This document shows positions 12,782 through 25,148 of a stretch of 64,000 nt of DNA, one piece after another (position 1 is the stretch's first letter; every line of letters begins with the position of its first letter). Location: positions 2,356,001 through 2,420,000 of the forward strand of contig AP026162.1 in the NCBI GenBank assembly GCA_030295235.1. The letters run 5' to 3'. The position numbers and the translations under genes are program-made. The DNA is from Fistulifera solaris (Eukaryota). Under the pieces are notes generated by a model. That model worked only from the letters and a program-made list of their open reading frames with translations, did not search any database and was not told the origin of the DNA.

Positions 12782-13617
12782 ATGCAAAGACCTCACAATC
12801 GAAGCATTCTGTGGAGGATAGTACTTCTTTGGCTGGGATTATGTGAAGCTTTTCCTATCGCACCGAAATCATCATCACGACAATCGACACGACGGTTCGT
12901 CTCGGAATTGCACATTCCAGCGTACCGAACTTCCAAATTACCCTTTTACCCGATTCTGCCACGCACATTCAACCCCGTACATACCAAGCGGGCCGCGATT
13001 ATACATCCTATTTAATACAGAACCATGGCGGCGGATTGGTGCATCAGACGAACTTTCCCTTGTTTTCGGATGCCGAATGTCACACGATCGTCCAAGAAGC
13101 CGAAGCAGTCGCCCGCCAACGCGATTGGACCCGGACACGGCACGGGAATTTTCCTACCACCGATTTGCCATTAACGGAATTACCCCAAACGCTCCACTTG
13201 TTGAAGGAAGCGTGGGTCGAACGATTGCAACCGTTGTTGGCGGATCAATTTCGTCACGTCTTGCCGGATCCGAGTCGCTTGCGGATTGCGGATGGGTTTG
13301 TGGTCAAATACGATGCTTCCGAACAACGCGAATTGAAACCACATCGGGATGGTGCCGTCGTGTCCTTTAACATCGCTCTCAATCCGTCCAGTGATTACGT
13401 CGGGGGTGGGACGTGGTTTGAAGCGTTAGATGCACCCATCGTGCTGCCCCAGGGGCATGTGGTCAGTCACGCGTCGGGACTGTTGCACGGAGGACAAGCC
13501 ATTACGGCAGGGCGGAGGTATATACTGGTAGCATTTTGCATTGTGGAAGGATACGACACCTGGAGCATGCGCTTCTACAATCAAGTTCGCAATGCATCGG
13601 GTGATGATTCGTCGTAA
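12782..13617 (+). CDS. 2OG-Fe(II) oxygenase (prolyl/lysyl hydroxylase-like), frameshifted near the 5' end
   Basis: FVVKYDASEQRELKPHRDGAVVSFNIALN..GGGTWF..LLHGGQAITAGRRYILVAF provides the HxD...H...R triad. A signal peptide lies in the upstream frame (CEAF). Confidence 0.8.
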
Positions 13618-13696
13618 GACTTTCGATAATTAACACAATAATATTATAACGCAGGGTCTATGACATATAGCATTTCTTTTTGTTGAATGCATCGCA

Positions 13697-14863
13697 CTAG
13701 CAATGAACATCACACGCATCCAAGGCAATCGACACTTTGTCTTTCGAACGTTCACTTTCCTTCAGCGCCTTTAAAATTAATTTGGTTTGCAACGACACGG
13801 ACGTAATTTCGCGCGCCAAATGCGTCGCCGGACAATCTGTCCACCCGTGTTTTTGGATCGATTGACAGAGCGTCCGGAACCGACGCCACATCATGACGGC
13901 GGCACTCGGACCGCCGGGGACATCAATCGCTTCCCCACGCATCATATCAAAGTCTTTGCCATTTTGCGGTGTCCGATCGTAGACCCGATAGTTGGCCAAT
14001 CCGTCCGGATGCGGAATCACAAAATCATTCAAAGTCGCGTACCGATTCTTCGAGCGCACTTCCATAATTTGACGCGTGGGGGTATGTGAATACGCCAAGC
14101 GACAATCCAAGGTCACATCGTCCGTGAACCACACGCGACACGTTGCCGCAGTGGCTTGTCCGGTCACTGGATGCCGTTCGACTTTTTGAACTTGTGCCGC
14201 CGTGGGGCGGACGCCTTTGCGGGCCCGCAAAAACATGAGCGCCGCGAGAAGAGCACATGACCGGGCCAGACGACGAATCACGCATTGTCCTTCTTGGGGA
14301 GGATCTTGCACGCCCAAGACACCGACATCGTCCATGTGAATGCTCAGTAAGACATCAATCGACTCGATTTTTCCAAAATCTTCTTCGTACAAGACGCAAT
14401 CTAAAAATGTTTGCACGCGATGTTGATTCTGGAACATGGTCGGGAATTGCAGAAATCGTTGATATTGTTTGGCATTCAGGAGTTGAATTCGAAAGTCATC
14501 AATGTACGTCGAAATGGGATCATCCAGTAAGACATGCAACGAGGCTTGCAAAGCCGGTAATACAAATTCCGTTTGCTGTAAGGTCGGTACGACAATATAA
14601 ACGGCATCAACTTCGTTCGATTGCAGCATTTCGGTGTATCCTCCGCGCGTCAATATCGCCGTCGGCGGAATGCCGTGCGAGTCGCGCCATGGCTCGGGAT
14701 CTTCATCGATGGATACGACGTAGGTGACAATCGCATTCGAAATCGGACTGGCAATCGCACGCACCGATGCTGCGGGCAGAGTTCGATCTTTGACAACAAT
14801 CCCGATGCGAAACGGCTTTACGTCCGACAGAGAGGCCATTTGCGGATTGGCATTGTCTTTCAT
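13697..14863 (-). CDS. Gfo/Idh/MocA-family oxidoreductase-like protein
   Basis: 388-aa ORF with RIGIVV, GYTEMLQSNEVDAVYIVVPT and HVLLDDPIS (degenerate HVLxEKP). Confidence 0.7.
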   Translation of the reverse strand: MKDNANPQMASLSDVKPFRIGIVVKDRTLPAASVRAIASPISNAIVTYVVSIDEDPEPWRDSHGIPPTAILTRGGYTEMLQSNEVDAVYIVVPTLQQTEFVLPALQASLHVLLDDPISTYIDDFRIQLLNAKQYQRFLQFPTMFQNQHRVQTFLDCVLYEEDFGKIESIDVLLSIHMDDVGVLGVQDPPQEGQCVIRRLARSCALLAALMFLRARKGVRPTAAQVQKVERHPVTGQATAATCRVWFTDDVTLDCRLAYSHTPTRQIMEVRSKNRYATLNDFVIPHPDGLANYRVYDRTPQNGKDFDMMRGEAIDVPGGPSAAVMMWRRFRTLCQSIQKHGWTDCPATHLAREITSVSLQTKLILKALKESERSKDKVSIALDACDVHC

Positions 14864-15517
14864 GTTGATTGTGCTTCTTCGTTAGTGAAGTAACGACTCG
14901 TTAATAAAGAGAATAATAGAAAGGGAGTCAATGGTTGTTGTTATGAAGGAAAACACGGAGTAATTATTTATTTGTCAAGTCAAAACGAACTCGTCTGCAC
15001 CGCCAAAACAAAACGTGCAACTGCAAAAAACAAAAGCCGCGTGACGACGAGGAGAACAGTGGTGTCAAGCTTTTAGTATGATAACAAAAAGTACCGATGT
15101 CGCTTATGTACATCCCCAAAACGAGAACACTTTCGCTGTTATAGCGTCTCAAATTTGTGTGACACTGCAAACAGTAAGGAACCTTCAACAACTTTCCGTT
15201 GGAAGCCGGAGGGAGAAGTGAATACCGAATGGACAAACAATCAAAAATTGTATTGTGTAAACTGTACTAGGACACGCGGAGTAGCGCTCCGCCGTTTCAT
15301 TTTTTCGTTCAAACCCAGTTGCAACGTTTCAACAAAACACTTCGAAGGAACGGAATTCCCACATGCAGAGGACGCTGCATGGCATTGCTGCGCAAGAAAG
15401 AAAGACGAGGAGAGATGCTGCATGCTTCTCCTTGAATGCAGGAGTGAGATCAGTAACTCATTGAAAGTAGTACGACACGAACGATCGATTGATTGAAGCA
15501 ACACAAACGAAGGAGAA

Positions 15518-16094
15518 TGAACTTGGAGAGTTCGTTCGAGCAATTATCAATTACAGAGGACGCGCCTCCACGTCGTCCTCATCTTGTACGGTTGAATGCA
15601 CAACGAGAAATCACCTGTCGTGATCCGACGACGACGACTCCTCGGCGTTGTGATAGCAAGGACGAGATAGTCAAAGCCAGCATTCCACCGGACAGCATTC
15701 GCGATGACGACGACAATGACGACAAAACGCTCGAAACGGTCTTTACACGCGCACAGAAACGATTCCCCCTTCCGTCACGTCTTTCCTCGCGATCGCAAAT
15801 CGGCGACGAAATGTCTTTGGCATCGATGGGAGCCCAAGAATTGAGTTTTACTGGCAACCCAACAGCACCCGGAGTCTCAATACGAACGGCAGTCGTCGCA
15901 CGCTGCAACGACACGCGACACCCCCGCATTTGTTGCGCACCTTAACATTGTCGTCGCATCGTCCGCAAAATCCCGTGGCCGGATTGTGGCGACAATCGTC
16001 CTTGTTGACGAACGATAGTAGCAATGCACCGCCCTTTTTCTCCTCCAGTCGTCCGAGTAGTACGCGGACGTTTGCCAGTACCGATACGTTGTGA
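15518..16094 (+). CDS. Hypothetical low-complexity protein (probably frameshifted)
   Basis: ORF MNLESSFEQLSITED... with a coding-like composition that continues in another frame to about 16094. No family recognised. Confidence 0.35.
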
Positions 16095-16396
16095 AGGGTG
16101 TTGTGTATCGATTGTATCATTTGAGGATGGGTGGGTTTTGAATCATAAATAGACTAGTAGTAGTGAATGTTTTTGTCAGTGAATCTTTTGTCATACAACA
16201 AGATAGAAGCTAGCGCGGCATAAAGTGCGTGTTAAAGGGAATCAGTTAAGTCAAGATTCGTTTCGTAAAAGCGTGTGTCGGAGCATTTATTAGTCTTGAT
16301 TTTCCGTGTCATTGAATTATTAGTGATGGTTGAATAAAGAAAGAATGTATCGTCGAATGATTTGCTTCTTGAATCTGTTGCGATCGTCGAACGTTC

Positions 16397-16760
16397 CTAT
16401 TTTTCCCAGAAACGGAATCCAAAATAAAAGATGGTCGCCAAGAACGGTGCTACAAAGCCACCGCCCCAGAAAATCAAATTGAAAGTATTCTTCTTTTGTT
16501 GCACTTCTTCGGCGGTGGGTATCTTTCGTTCCTGCAACGCCACGGTCGTACTACTCATATGTTGTAGAATGCCCTGTGAAAGGGGTGATACCGACTCGAT
16601 TTGACTTGACTGCGAGGGAAGAATGACCATGGGAGGAACATCGGCGTGCGCGAGCGCCATTGGCGTAATAGGGATGCGGGGTGTTTGTCGCACAGCTGTA
16701 AAGCCTGCCACTGTACTCATCCAGCAAAGGGAAGCATACGAAGGCCGTTGCTGATTTCAT
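16397..16760 (-). CDS. Small, probably plastid-targeted, single-TM protein (frameshift in the signal peptide)
   Basis: MKSATAFVCFPLL/MSTVAGF signal, transit-like region, and C-terminal KKNTFNLIFWGGGFVAPFLATIFYFGFRFWEK helix. Confidence 0.6.
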
Positions 16761-17274
16761 TTTTCAACGTCTTGCTTCTCAATCGGTCTACACAATAAGA
16801 GATGCAGTTGGTTGTTTGAATATCCAATACGGTGATTGCTCACTCAGTTACACTATTGTTGTTTATCGTCAATCGTCACACTGCAACGAGTGCCAACGCA
16901 GAAAGATCGGACTGACACCAATTCGGGACTCCATCAAAGTCTTGAGTCTTGTGCAACTACTGTATAACCCAACCTTATTAATCCTTGGTATGACCGGGTC
17001 CGATGAGTTAGAAGCTGACCGGGTCCGCCCATCGTTGTTACTGGCTTCACTTCCTTATTTCGATGCAATCAAGCGCAACAATTCAAAACGAGCAGACTGG
17101 TCCAAGTTAGACCCGTTTCAAACTTTGTATCCAGCTAAACGGGCTTGAACTCGGTTCAATACACTGTTATAGCTAATTGCGCCGAAGGCGTTGCTACACT
17201 TTTCGAGAAATGATGCAATTTCGCGGCCTTTAGCTAGGTACTACATATAGCTAAATAATTCAAATTGGGGTAAT

Positions 17275-17348
17275 GCAGGAATGGTCTAGTTGGTCATGAC
17301 GCACCCTTCACACGGGTGAGGTCGGGCGTTCGAATCGCCCTTCTTGTA
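17275..17348 (+). tRNA. tRNA-Val (anticodon CAC)
   Basis: Cloverleaf with acceptor GCAGGAA/TTCTTGT, D-arm TGGTCTAGTTGGTCATGAC, anticodon arm CACCC-TTCACAC-GGGTG and T-arm GGGCG-TTCGAAT-CGCCC. It is followed by a TTTTT Pol III terminator. Confidence 0.93.
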
Positions 17349-17820
17349 CTCTTTTTCTCACTATCCCGATTGAGGGGTCAGCTTAATGTTCCTCTTTTCA
17401 TCTTTCCCTCCTGCTGTCTTTTCTTTTGCTTTTGCAATACAATCCATCCGGTGCCGCTTCTTGTGCATCTTTTCATTTCAACATTTTTTTGCTTCGCGAG
17501 GACATCCACCAGGTTTAAGTTCGTGTGCATCTTATTAATGTTTTCATTCGCTTTCAGTCGCTTTCTTTTGACGGCAATCATCGTGTTATTTTTGGAGCGT
17601 ATCAGGATGACTGCTGAGCTCTGAGAATGTGCGAATGGGCCCTCTTTCTGATCCTAAAAAGCAAGAGTCATCAGGTTTTGGGCCACTTAGTCCGAGATGG
17701 AGACTATTAAGGTTAGAAATATTTTGCAGCACGGTCTTCCCTTCGTCCGCAAACATCAAAACATTTCTTTCTGCGCTTCTACATCGTCGTCCTACAGTGA
17801 GATCGAAACGAATGCAACAC

Positions 17821-18185
17821 GCAGTCTAGTCGGTATAAGTGGGATGGGGGGTGCGAGATGAGGATTCATCCCGGTTATAGCGACCATCCCGGTTATAATG
17901 ACCCGTCTGTCCCTCGTTGGAGCCCCCAACCACCCGGAAGTTTAGGGTCGATTCTGGCTTAGGTAAGGCCAAAGTGTCCCTTTTAAGCCTGATTATAGAG
18001 TAATTAGATGGTTAGATGTTACTTGGGCGGATATTTTATCATCAAACAGTCTCGTTGTTACGATAATGTTACAAAAGAATGATATCGAGTTAAGGTTCAG
18101 GATAAATGGGGTGCCCGTCTCGAATTCATCCCGGTAATACCGACCATCCCGGTCAATATTATCCCGGTCATAGCGACTAGACTGC
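17821..18185. mobile_element. MITE-like non-autonomous element (365 bp)
   Basis: Perfect 12-bp terminal inverted repeat GCAGTCTAGTCG / CGACTAGACTGC, extending to 21/25 matches. Five subterminal ATCCCGGT repeats and no convincing coding capacity. Confidence 0.7.
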
Positions 18186-18398
18186 ACCGCAAAGACATTT
18201 CGGCTACACCGAACAGGAAAGAAGATCGCGAACAAACTCCTCGTTCTTCATCGGCAGAGCCCGCGCTCGACAAAACTTCAACCAAGCGCACGCATGGGTG
18301 CCGTTTTTTCGCCGTCATGACACTCGACGCAAAATTCTGTTGCAAAGATCCATTGTATCTTCTCAAACAGCCAACCAATATTCTGTTTTTATCCAATC

Positions 18399-19031
18399 AT
18401 GCTGAGCCGCTTCTCTTCTCTCGCGACCCGTCGTGTGATGACCTCGACGACTCGTCTCATGTCGGCCACGGTGGCCGATGTGTCGACGGCCGACGACGCC
18501 CTCGAATTGAGTGGATACAAGGAGATTAATTTTAAGATTGATGAAGATGCCATGGTCTACGATGCGGTGCAACGATTTGCGGCCAACAACATTGGTTGCC
18601 TGGTGACTACCGATAAAGCCGGTAAGTTAATTGAGACGGAACGAGAGTCAAGATTCCTCTCTGCAAAAGTCCGATTCTCACTTCTTGTTTTACCTTGCTT
18701 CAGGAAACATGACCGGCATTATCAGTGAGCGTGACTACATCTGCAAGGTTGCCTTGTTGGGAAGAACCTCGAAAGAAACACCGATTCGCGAAATCTCGAC
18801 CCGTGGTGCCAACATTATTACCGCCAAGGGCAATGAAACCGTCGAGACGTGCATGGAAAGATGATGACCAAGGGCATTCGACATTTGCCCGTCGTCGATG
18901 ATGCGGGGAGTGTGACGGGTTTGATTTCCATCAAGGATTTGGTCAAGACGGTTGTCAGTGAAAAGAAAAAGACCATCAAGGTTCTCTCGGACTTTGCACT
19001 TGGAAAAGGTGGCCATTTTGGAAGCGAGTAA
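18399..19031 (+). CDS. CBS-domain pair protein with mitochondrial presequence (CBSX3-like)
   Basis: MLSRFSSLATRR presequence, VYDAVQRFAANNIGCLV, intron about 18622-18703, GIISERDYICKV, and GIRHLPVVD..GLISIKDLVK after a 1-bp frameshift near 18858. Confidence 0.85.
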
Positions 19032-19098
19032 CGTCGTTGTTTTTCGATCAACAACAAAACTAGCAATGTAAAGGCGAGAATCGTCTTACTAAAATAGT

Positions 19099-22000
19099 TT
19101 ACGTGAGAAAGTCAGGATTTTCGCTGAAAACCAAACTTCCAATTTGTTCGTGTAACGAAACTTCTGCCTTTTCGTCCAACTTGTCGCAATGATGGTTCAG
19201 GATGTTGCATAACTCCTGCAATGCCATTCGTGGCTGCCCCGCTTGTTTGTAGTGATTCGCCTGTTCCAACATCGTATTGATCATCGCGCTGAGTTGGGGT
19301 TCCGTTCGAACTTCGTTGCTGGGCGCGTTCTCGTTCGAATTTTCGTGACTGAGTGATACGTCTGCCATCGTCTCGTCGCCCGAAGTGGACGCAGCCTCGG
19401 TGCCGGTTGCTGATAGAGTAGAATTACTTGAGATGGTTTCAACAGAAAGGCGATGGCTGTCTCCGCCAATGTTACTGCTAGGTGCCACAGCAGGTTTGCG
19501 CTCGTCTTCGACATGACTGGAGTGGGTATCACGCTGGACACTGCTAGGAACAGGAGCAGGTTTGACATCTTCTGACTTGGGTTGACTGGCGGCGCTGACG
19601 ACAGCCTCAGATTTCATAGCTGTTGGCTCTTTTTGACAGTAGACGAGAAAACAGGCCCACCAGATAGACTGAAATCATCGTCAGAGTCGACATCAATGAT
19701 TTCTCTCGGCTTGGACACTGGAGCCGGCGGTTCATTCAGTACGAAATCATCAAACTGGAACACGGGTTTTTGGATGGACGATAGCGTAACTGCAGGTTTC
19801 GTAACAACCGGTTTCGGTTCCGTGCGCGCTGCCGGTACGTGAGGTCTCGTCTCTGTGGCGAACGGCTTTTTGTCGACAGGAGCTTGAGGCGTGTAAGAAA
19901 GATTTCTGGCGACAATTCGTTCGGCGCTTGCAAGACTCTCGAAAAGTTCGTTTCGAGAATCCGGTGGAAGAAAGCGATCATAAGGAGTCGACAATGGAAA
20001 TGAATCAGAGTCTCGCGATTTGTATCCACTCGACATGAGGTGTTCCATCCTTCCCATCATTCCAAGCCCTGCCAACTCCGGAGTCCATGACATTATCAAG
20101 AATGTGACGAGGGTTGGATACATCCGTAGGTACGGAAGAAAACGCCAGTTTTGTGCCGTCGTGACCTTCTTCGATAGCGGCAGTATCCGAAGTCTTGTAA
20201 AACACATCGTGACGCGAAAGGCCGAGGACGTTTCTGAACTCGCGAACAAAATCAAAATCACTGTGTGAACAATCGTTTCCTTCTGCTTGAGCCTTTTCTA
20301 GAGTAGGACACTCGCCTGGTGGAGCCAAGTTAAACATTTTCGAGAGCTCGCTTCGCTCAAAGTATCGTTGCACTTCATCTCCAACTGTCAACACCACGCG
20401 GCGAATGCCGTCCTTGTAAAGCTGTCGCTCGTACATTTTCTCTTCGACTGTTCCAGCCGTGATCATGCGAACGACCGTCACTTCTCGCGTTTGCCCGATG
20501 CGGTAGGCCCGACCAATAGCCTGGTCATCTTCCGATGGATTCCATGATGGGTCAAACAATATGACTCGATCGGCCCCAGTGAGTGTAATTCCGACACCTC
20601 CCGCTTTCGTCGACAACAAAAAGACTTTCTGCTGACTCTTTGGGTTATTAAAGTCATCCACCAGTCGTTGTCGCTCCCTTTCCTTTGTATCCCCGTCGAT
20701 GCGCGATACGCCAAGATGGAGCTTCTCCAGTAACGCGCGCTGAATAATGTTCAACATCTTGGTACTCTGCGAAAAGATGAGAATCTTGTGACCTCGATCC
20801 GTCATTTTCTCGACCAAGTGCAGCATAGTCTCTAGTTTCGCGCTTTGCTCGATGGTTCTGTGCAAGTCGGGCACCTCGTATTCTTCGTCGTACAGTGCTG
20901 GGTGACCACACAGCATCTTCATTCGGGTAATCGCTGCCAGTACAATGGCGGTTTCACCCTCCGAAGCGAGCGCAGAATCGATCTCTTATTCAACAAGAAC
21001 TCATTGTACAGCTCGCGTTGCTGTTCGGAAAGATGCGACCAAACAACAATCTCGGTCTTGGTCGGAAGCAACTCGCGCAGGATATCAAATTTCCGACGCT
21101 GCAGCAAGAAAGGTCGAAGAACTTCTTGCAAGTTCTTGCTCCGGTCGTCACCACGCTGAATGATGTATTCGGAGGCATTCTTGTCTCGCGCAGCATCAAT
21201 TATTTTGATGTAGGCGTATTTGAACGTCGACAAATCCCCCAAGAGTCTTCCTGCCGAAATCCAGTCAAAGATCGTCCATAATTCCTGTAATCAAATGCAA
21301 AAAGTGAGACCTGTGAACACGCTTTTTTCACATAAACTTCATGGTTTCGTACCTCCAGATTGTTCATGATCGGCGTCCCCGTGAGCATAATGCGCTTCGT
21401 CTTGGGTTTACAGATGCTTTGACAACAGGAGTGCGTTTTGGTGCGACGGTTCTTAATGGTGTGTCCTTCATCCAACACGACGTAATCCCAAACATCTTTC
21501 GCACCTCCCAAAAACAGATCGGTGCACTTTTCCACCATCCCGTAGCTGGTAATGACGAGTTGCGGTCGTTGGGATTTGCTGCGTCGGCTGAAATGGAAAA
21601 AAAGTGTCAGTCGTTGTCGTTGTTGGGCGGTTTGTCCCGTTCCAGCACACAGTATTACTTACGCCGCCAATGCCTCCGCCAAGATTCGTTTGCGTTGCAA
21701 GGGCGAATGATCGGCCGACATGACTTGCACCATGGCGATCGGTACACAGGCCAGCAACACTTTCGAGGCTTCCCGTTCCCACGACCGCAACACCGATTTG
21801 GGAGCCACCACGAGCGCATTGCAGATCGTTCCGGCGTTCATCAATCCTCCCAAACACGTCAATGTCGTGAAAGTCTTGCCCATGCCCATGTCATCGCCCA
21901 GCAATCCTCCACCGCGGTGATACAAGCTCGCCATCCAACTGACGCCTTCGACTTGATGAGCAAAGAGTTTCTGATACAGGCTGCGGGGGATGCGGAAATC

Positions 22001-22371
22001 GGGAAATTGAATTCCCTTGTGATCCGGGGCGAAATACAATTCGTTGCGTGATTTGTCGAGCATGTAGGGCAGTTCAATCGGCACCTTCTTGGAAGAAGAC
22101 GACTTGGTGCGCTGCAAAGGGACCGAATCGCGGCGGGTGTTTTCCTCTTCGTTCGGAACACTCTCGTCATTGACTTTGGGTTCAATCCCCAGTGTTTGCA
22201 AAGGTCTTTGATTTCTTCCGACGACGACGATAAGGAAGACGAAAGAGAAGAGGATCGGGAGAAGTCGGTATCATATTCTTGTGTTTTGGGTTTCTTCGAC
22301 TGCGACGAGTCACTGTCGTCACTCGAAAACCCAACGGAACGACGACGGTCGTTCGGCGTCAAATCATCCAT
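19099..22371 (-). CDS. SNF2-family helicase, ERCC6L/PICH-like (introns plus several frameshifts)
   Basis: LFAHQVEGVSWM..GGLLGDDMGMGKT, WDYVVLDEGHTIKN, MLTGTPIMNNL, LRPFLLQRRK, KILIFSQSTKML, FLLSTKAGGVGITLTGADRVILFDPSWNP and QAIGRAYRIGQ. Confidence 0.88.
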
Positions 22372-22814
22372 CTTATGCGAGACTCCCCGTGATTTGAACG
22401 GCTCAGTTAAGTGCAATGAAAGGAAGTAGTGCTGCGGCAATTCTTATTTGAGTTGAATTCGAATGATGCGCATGCACTTTTTGTGTTGAACGATAAGTGC
22501 GCCTGGCGTGTTGAGAGGTGCAAGAAAGCGGAGCGCGCGCGTCTTTGGTGTTCAAACTGCGCGCCGGTCGGTTCGCGTGACCTCGTCCTTTACATAAAAA
22601 AATATGTCCTTACGTCGTAGTGGTAGTAATTCAAACCGGGCGTTGGAGGGAGGTTTTTGCCTTCGTGAATCCCGAGGAAAACGTGACTCACCTTAACAAC
22701 GCAACAAACAAAACTCCATGCGAATACTTGGTAAAAAGGCAGACGACGGTATGCGCAATTCATCTAATTAATCCTTTTTGACTATTACTTCTTACAAAAC
22801 ACCTCAGAAGAAGT

Positions 22815-23840
22815 ATGACGTCGCTGGAAGAATGCATACAACACAACGTTCCGTTCTTTTGGCTCGACGGCGGAACGGGAGAAGAATTGTTTCGACGCAA
22901 CGTCCCTGATGATCGAAAACTGTGGAGTGCGACGGCCGTTGTGCATGCCGAATATCACGAAACACTCCGCGCGGTCCATCGTTCTTTCTTGGAGGCGGGA
23001 GCCGATGCGATTACGACCAACACGTACGGACTGGTGCCTTCGGTGGGATTTTCCGTCGATGAAATCTCTCAGTATTGTGAATTGGCGGCCCGATTGGCGC
23101 GACAAGTCGTACAAGAAACGCGAGCCGAAGCTTGGGTCTTTGGATCTTTGGGACCTTTGGTCGAATCGTATCGTCCCGATTTGATTCGAACCCACGAGGA
23201 GGGAGTCTCTCTGTATCAAAGCATGATCACGGCCATGGCATCACATATCGATGCCGTGTTGGCCGAAACCATGTCGTCGGTTGAAGAAGCTATGCAAGCG
23301 GTTGATGCTTTAGCGCTTTACAACACGGAACAGAAGAAGGAATTACCGATGCTCGTTTCTTTCACCTTACAGGCGAACGGCAATGTGCGCAGCCACGAAC
23401 CGGCCGAGTGCGCTATCGGACGCATTTTACAGTACGCCCGGGAAAAGCACGTTCGCGGTACGTACCCCTTGTTATGATTTCTTGTAAATAGCGCTCAATC
23501 ACCCGACTCATGGTAGTTTACAACGGCAGTACTCGCTGTTCTGTTCAACTGTTGTGCGCCGGAAGCCATTTCGATTGCCTTGCAGCGGGTTCATAAGACT
23601 TCGTCAGCACGATCCTGTGTGCTGGGTGCTTATCCCAATCGCTTGACAGAAATTTCACCCGACTGGACGATGGCCGAGTCGAGCGGTCCGCAACCATTTC
23701 GTGCGGATCTGGATGTGCACCATTATGCGCAACTCGTGCAGAGTTGGCGTGACCAATACCCCCTATTGCGCATCGTCGGAGGTTGTTGTGGTATTACTCC
23801 TGAGCACATTGCCTACTTGAAACAAGTCATCGTAGAGTGA
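22815..23840 (+). CDS. Homocysteine S-methyltransferase family protein, 2 exons
   Basis: LDGGTGEEL, HRSFLEAGADAITTNTY, GSLGP and LAETMS, an intron at 23458-23529, then LFNCC and IVGGCCGITPEHI. Confidence 0.9.
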
Positions 23841-24037
23841 TTCATACTTGGTGACTGAAAAGTGATGACGCTGGATGGTCACTATAATTGTTTGAACAGT
23901 GTGATTTTTGTTTCACAATTATGGAATGCAACAATTCACTTGGAAATTGCACGAGGACTACAACTGACGATCGAACAAATGTACTTTGAGATTCGAGTAT
24001 TTATTGCCGGCTATATCTAAATTATCGATTCATGGTT

Positions 24038-25012
24038 CTAAAAGGCACAGCGAGCCTTGGTAACGGCGTTTTTGACCGAGCACATGGTGCGCGAGAACCA
24101 GCTTCCCGTCTTGGAGCAGTCGTTCAATTTCAAGCAGTTGGGAGCCTGTGCACCGATCTCCTCCCTTACTGGTGCAAACCTGCGTTCCTTGAGCGTTGTA
24201 AAAGATGGCGTTGCAGCCACCGCAATAATCATCAATGCAGGAAACGTACTCCTCATCGCACGAAGTTGCTTCGCACGGTGCTTCGAAGCAGCGAACAAAA
24301 GGAGCATCATCGGGACAATCCTTGCCGCAAATTCTCTGACAAACCTTTTCTGCGTTGCATGTGATGCGCCCAGTGCATTCAATGACGGGGTAGATGTTGG
24401 ATGGGTTGAAGCAATCAACGTCTGCGCCGCAGGAGCCCAATTCGAGGCAAGTTCCATCCGCACAGTACCCGCCCTCTTTGCAATCGGCATCCGACTTGCA
24501 AATGTCGTCTGCACCGGTGTGTCCGCGTCCTCCTCAACAAGCGAAGGGACAGGCGTACTCTCATCTCCCGCCCAGCCGCCGGGGAGGTCGCCCTTAGAAT
24601 CGAAGCAAAGAGCATTGCATCCACCGCAATAGTAATCGACACAAGTAGTGGAAGCGGGGCACAGGGTAACGGAGCACGGAGAAGCCAAGCATTCGGCAAC
24701 TGGCTGGTCCTTGGGGCACACGTCAGAGCTGCATTGAACGCCGCACTGATTGTTCACACAGTCGACATATCCCACACAAAGGATCGAGTTGTAGACGTTG
24801 GAAGGGTTCAAGCAATCCGACAGATCACGACAAAAGCCGAATTCTTGACACAATCCACCGGAGCAGTACTGCGAACCGGCACGGCAGTCGTCATCTGAGC
24901 TGCACTCAGCAGCCAGAGAGGAACGGAGGAATCTCGTGGCCGACGATGACTCGGCTCGTGAGGTCGCCATCAACAAGAAGGAACTGGCGAGAACTTTCAG
25001 AATGAGCTTCAT
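24038..25012 (-). CDS. Secreted cysteine-rich repeat protein A (2 modules; frameshifts)
   Basis: Signal peptide and two ~110-aa Cys-rich modules containing DC(L/F)NPSN and CxDxYCGGCNA. The C-terminal tail is WFSRTMCSVKNAVTKARCAF. Confidence 0.8.
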   Translation of the reverse strand: MKLILKVLASSFLLMATSRAESSSATRFLRSSLAAECSSDDDCRAGSQYCSGGLCQEFGFCRDLSDCLNPSNVYNSILCVGYVDCVNNQCGVQCSSDVCPKDQPVAECLASPCSVTLCPASTTCVDYYCGGCNALCFDSKGDLPGGWAGDESTPVPSLVEEDADTPVQTTFASRMPIAKRAGTVRMELASNWAPAAQTLIASTHPTSTPSLNALGASHATQKRFVREFAARIVPMMLLLFAASKHRAKQLRAMRSTFPALMIIAVAATPSFTTLKERRFAPVREEIGAQAPNCLKLNDCSKTGSWFSRTMCSVKNAVTKARCAF

Positions 25013-25124
25013 GATTTTTTACTTTTCTTTGTTCGAATAGGAAATGAATTTTGTGAGCAGATCCATTGATCAAGATTTTGTTGGGTTGTTGCAAGTTGCA
25101 ATCAATCTTGTCAACTATTATCGT

Positions 25125-25148
25125 CAAACGTGCTCCTCCACTCGGAAG
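25125..25148. promoter_or_regulatory. Conserved upstream motif CAAACGTGCTC-N6-TCGGAA (gene A)
   Basis: The same composite motif lies 100-160 bp upstream of all three Cys-rich paralogues, while the surrounding sequence is dissimilar. Confidence 0.5.

Noticed and set aside
17378..17829. Short ORFs between the tRNA and the MITE as a transposase or gene remnant
   Set aside because: No recognisable motif, multiple stops and low complexity.
22583..22615. CGTCCTTTACATAAAAAAATATGTCCTTA resembling the end of the 52.5-kb transposon
   Set aside because: The match is short and degenerate, with no partner TIR or TSD nearby.
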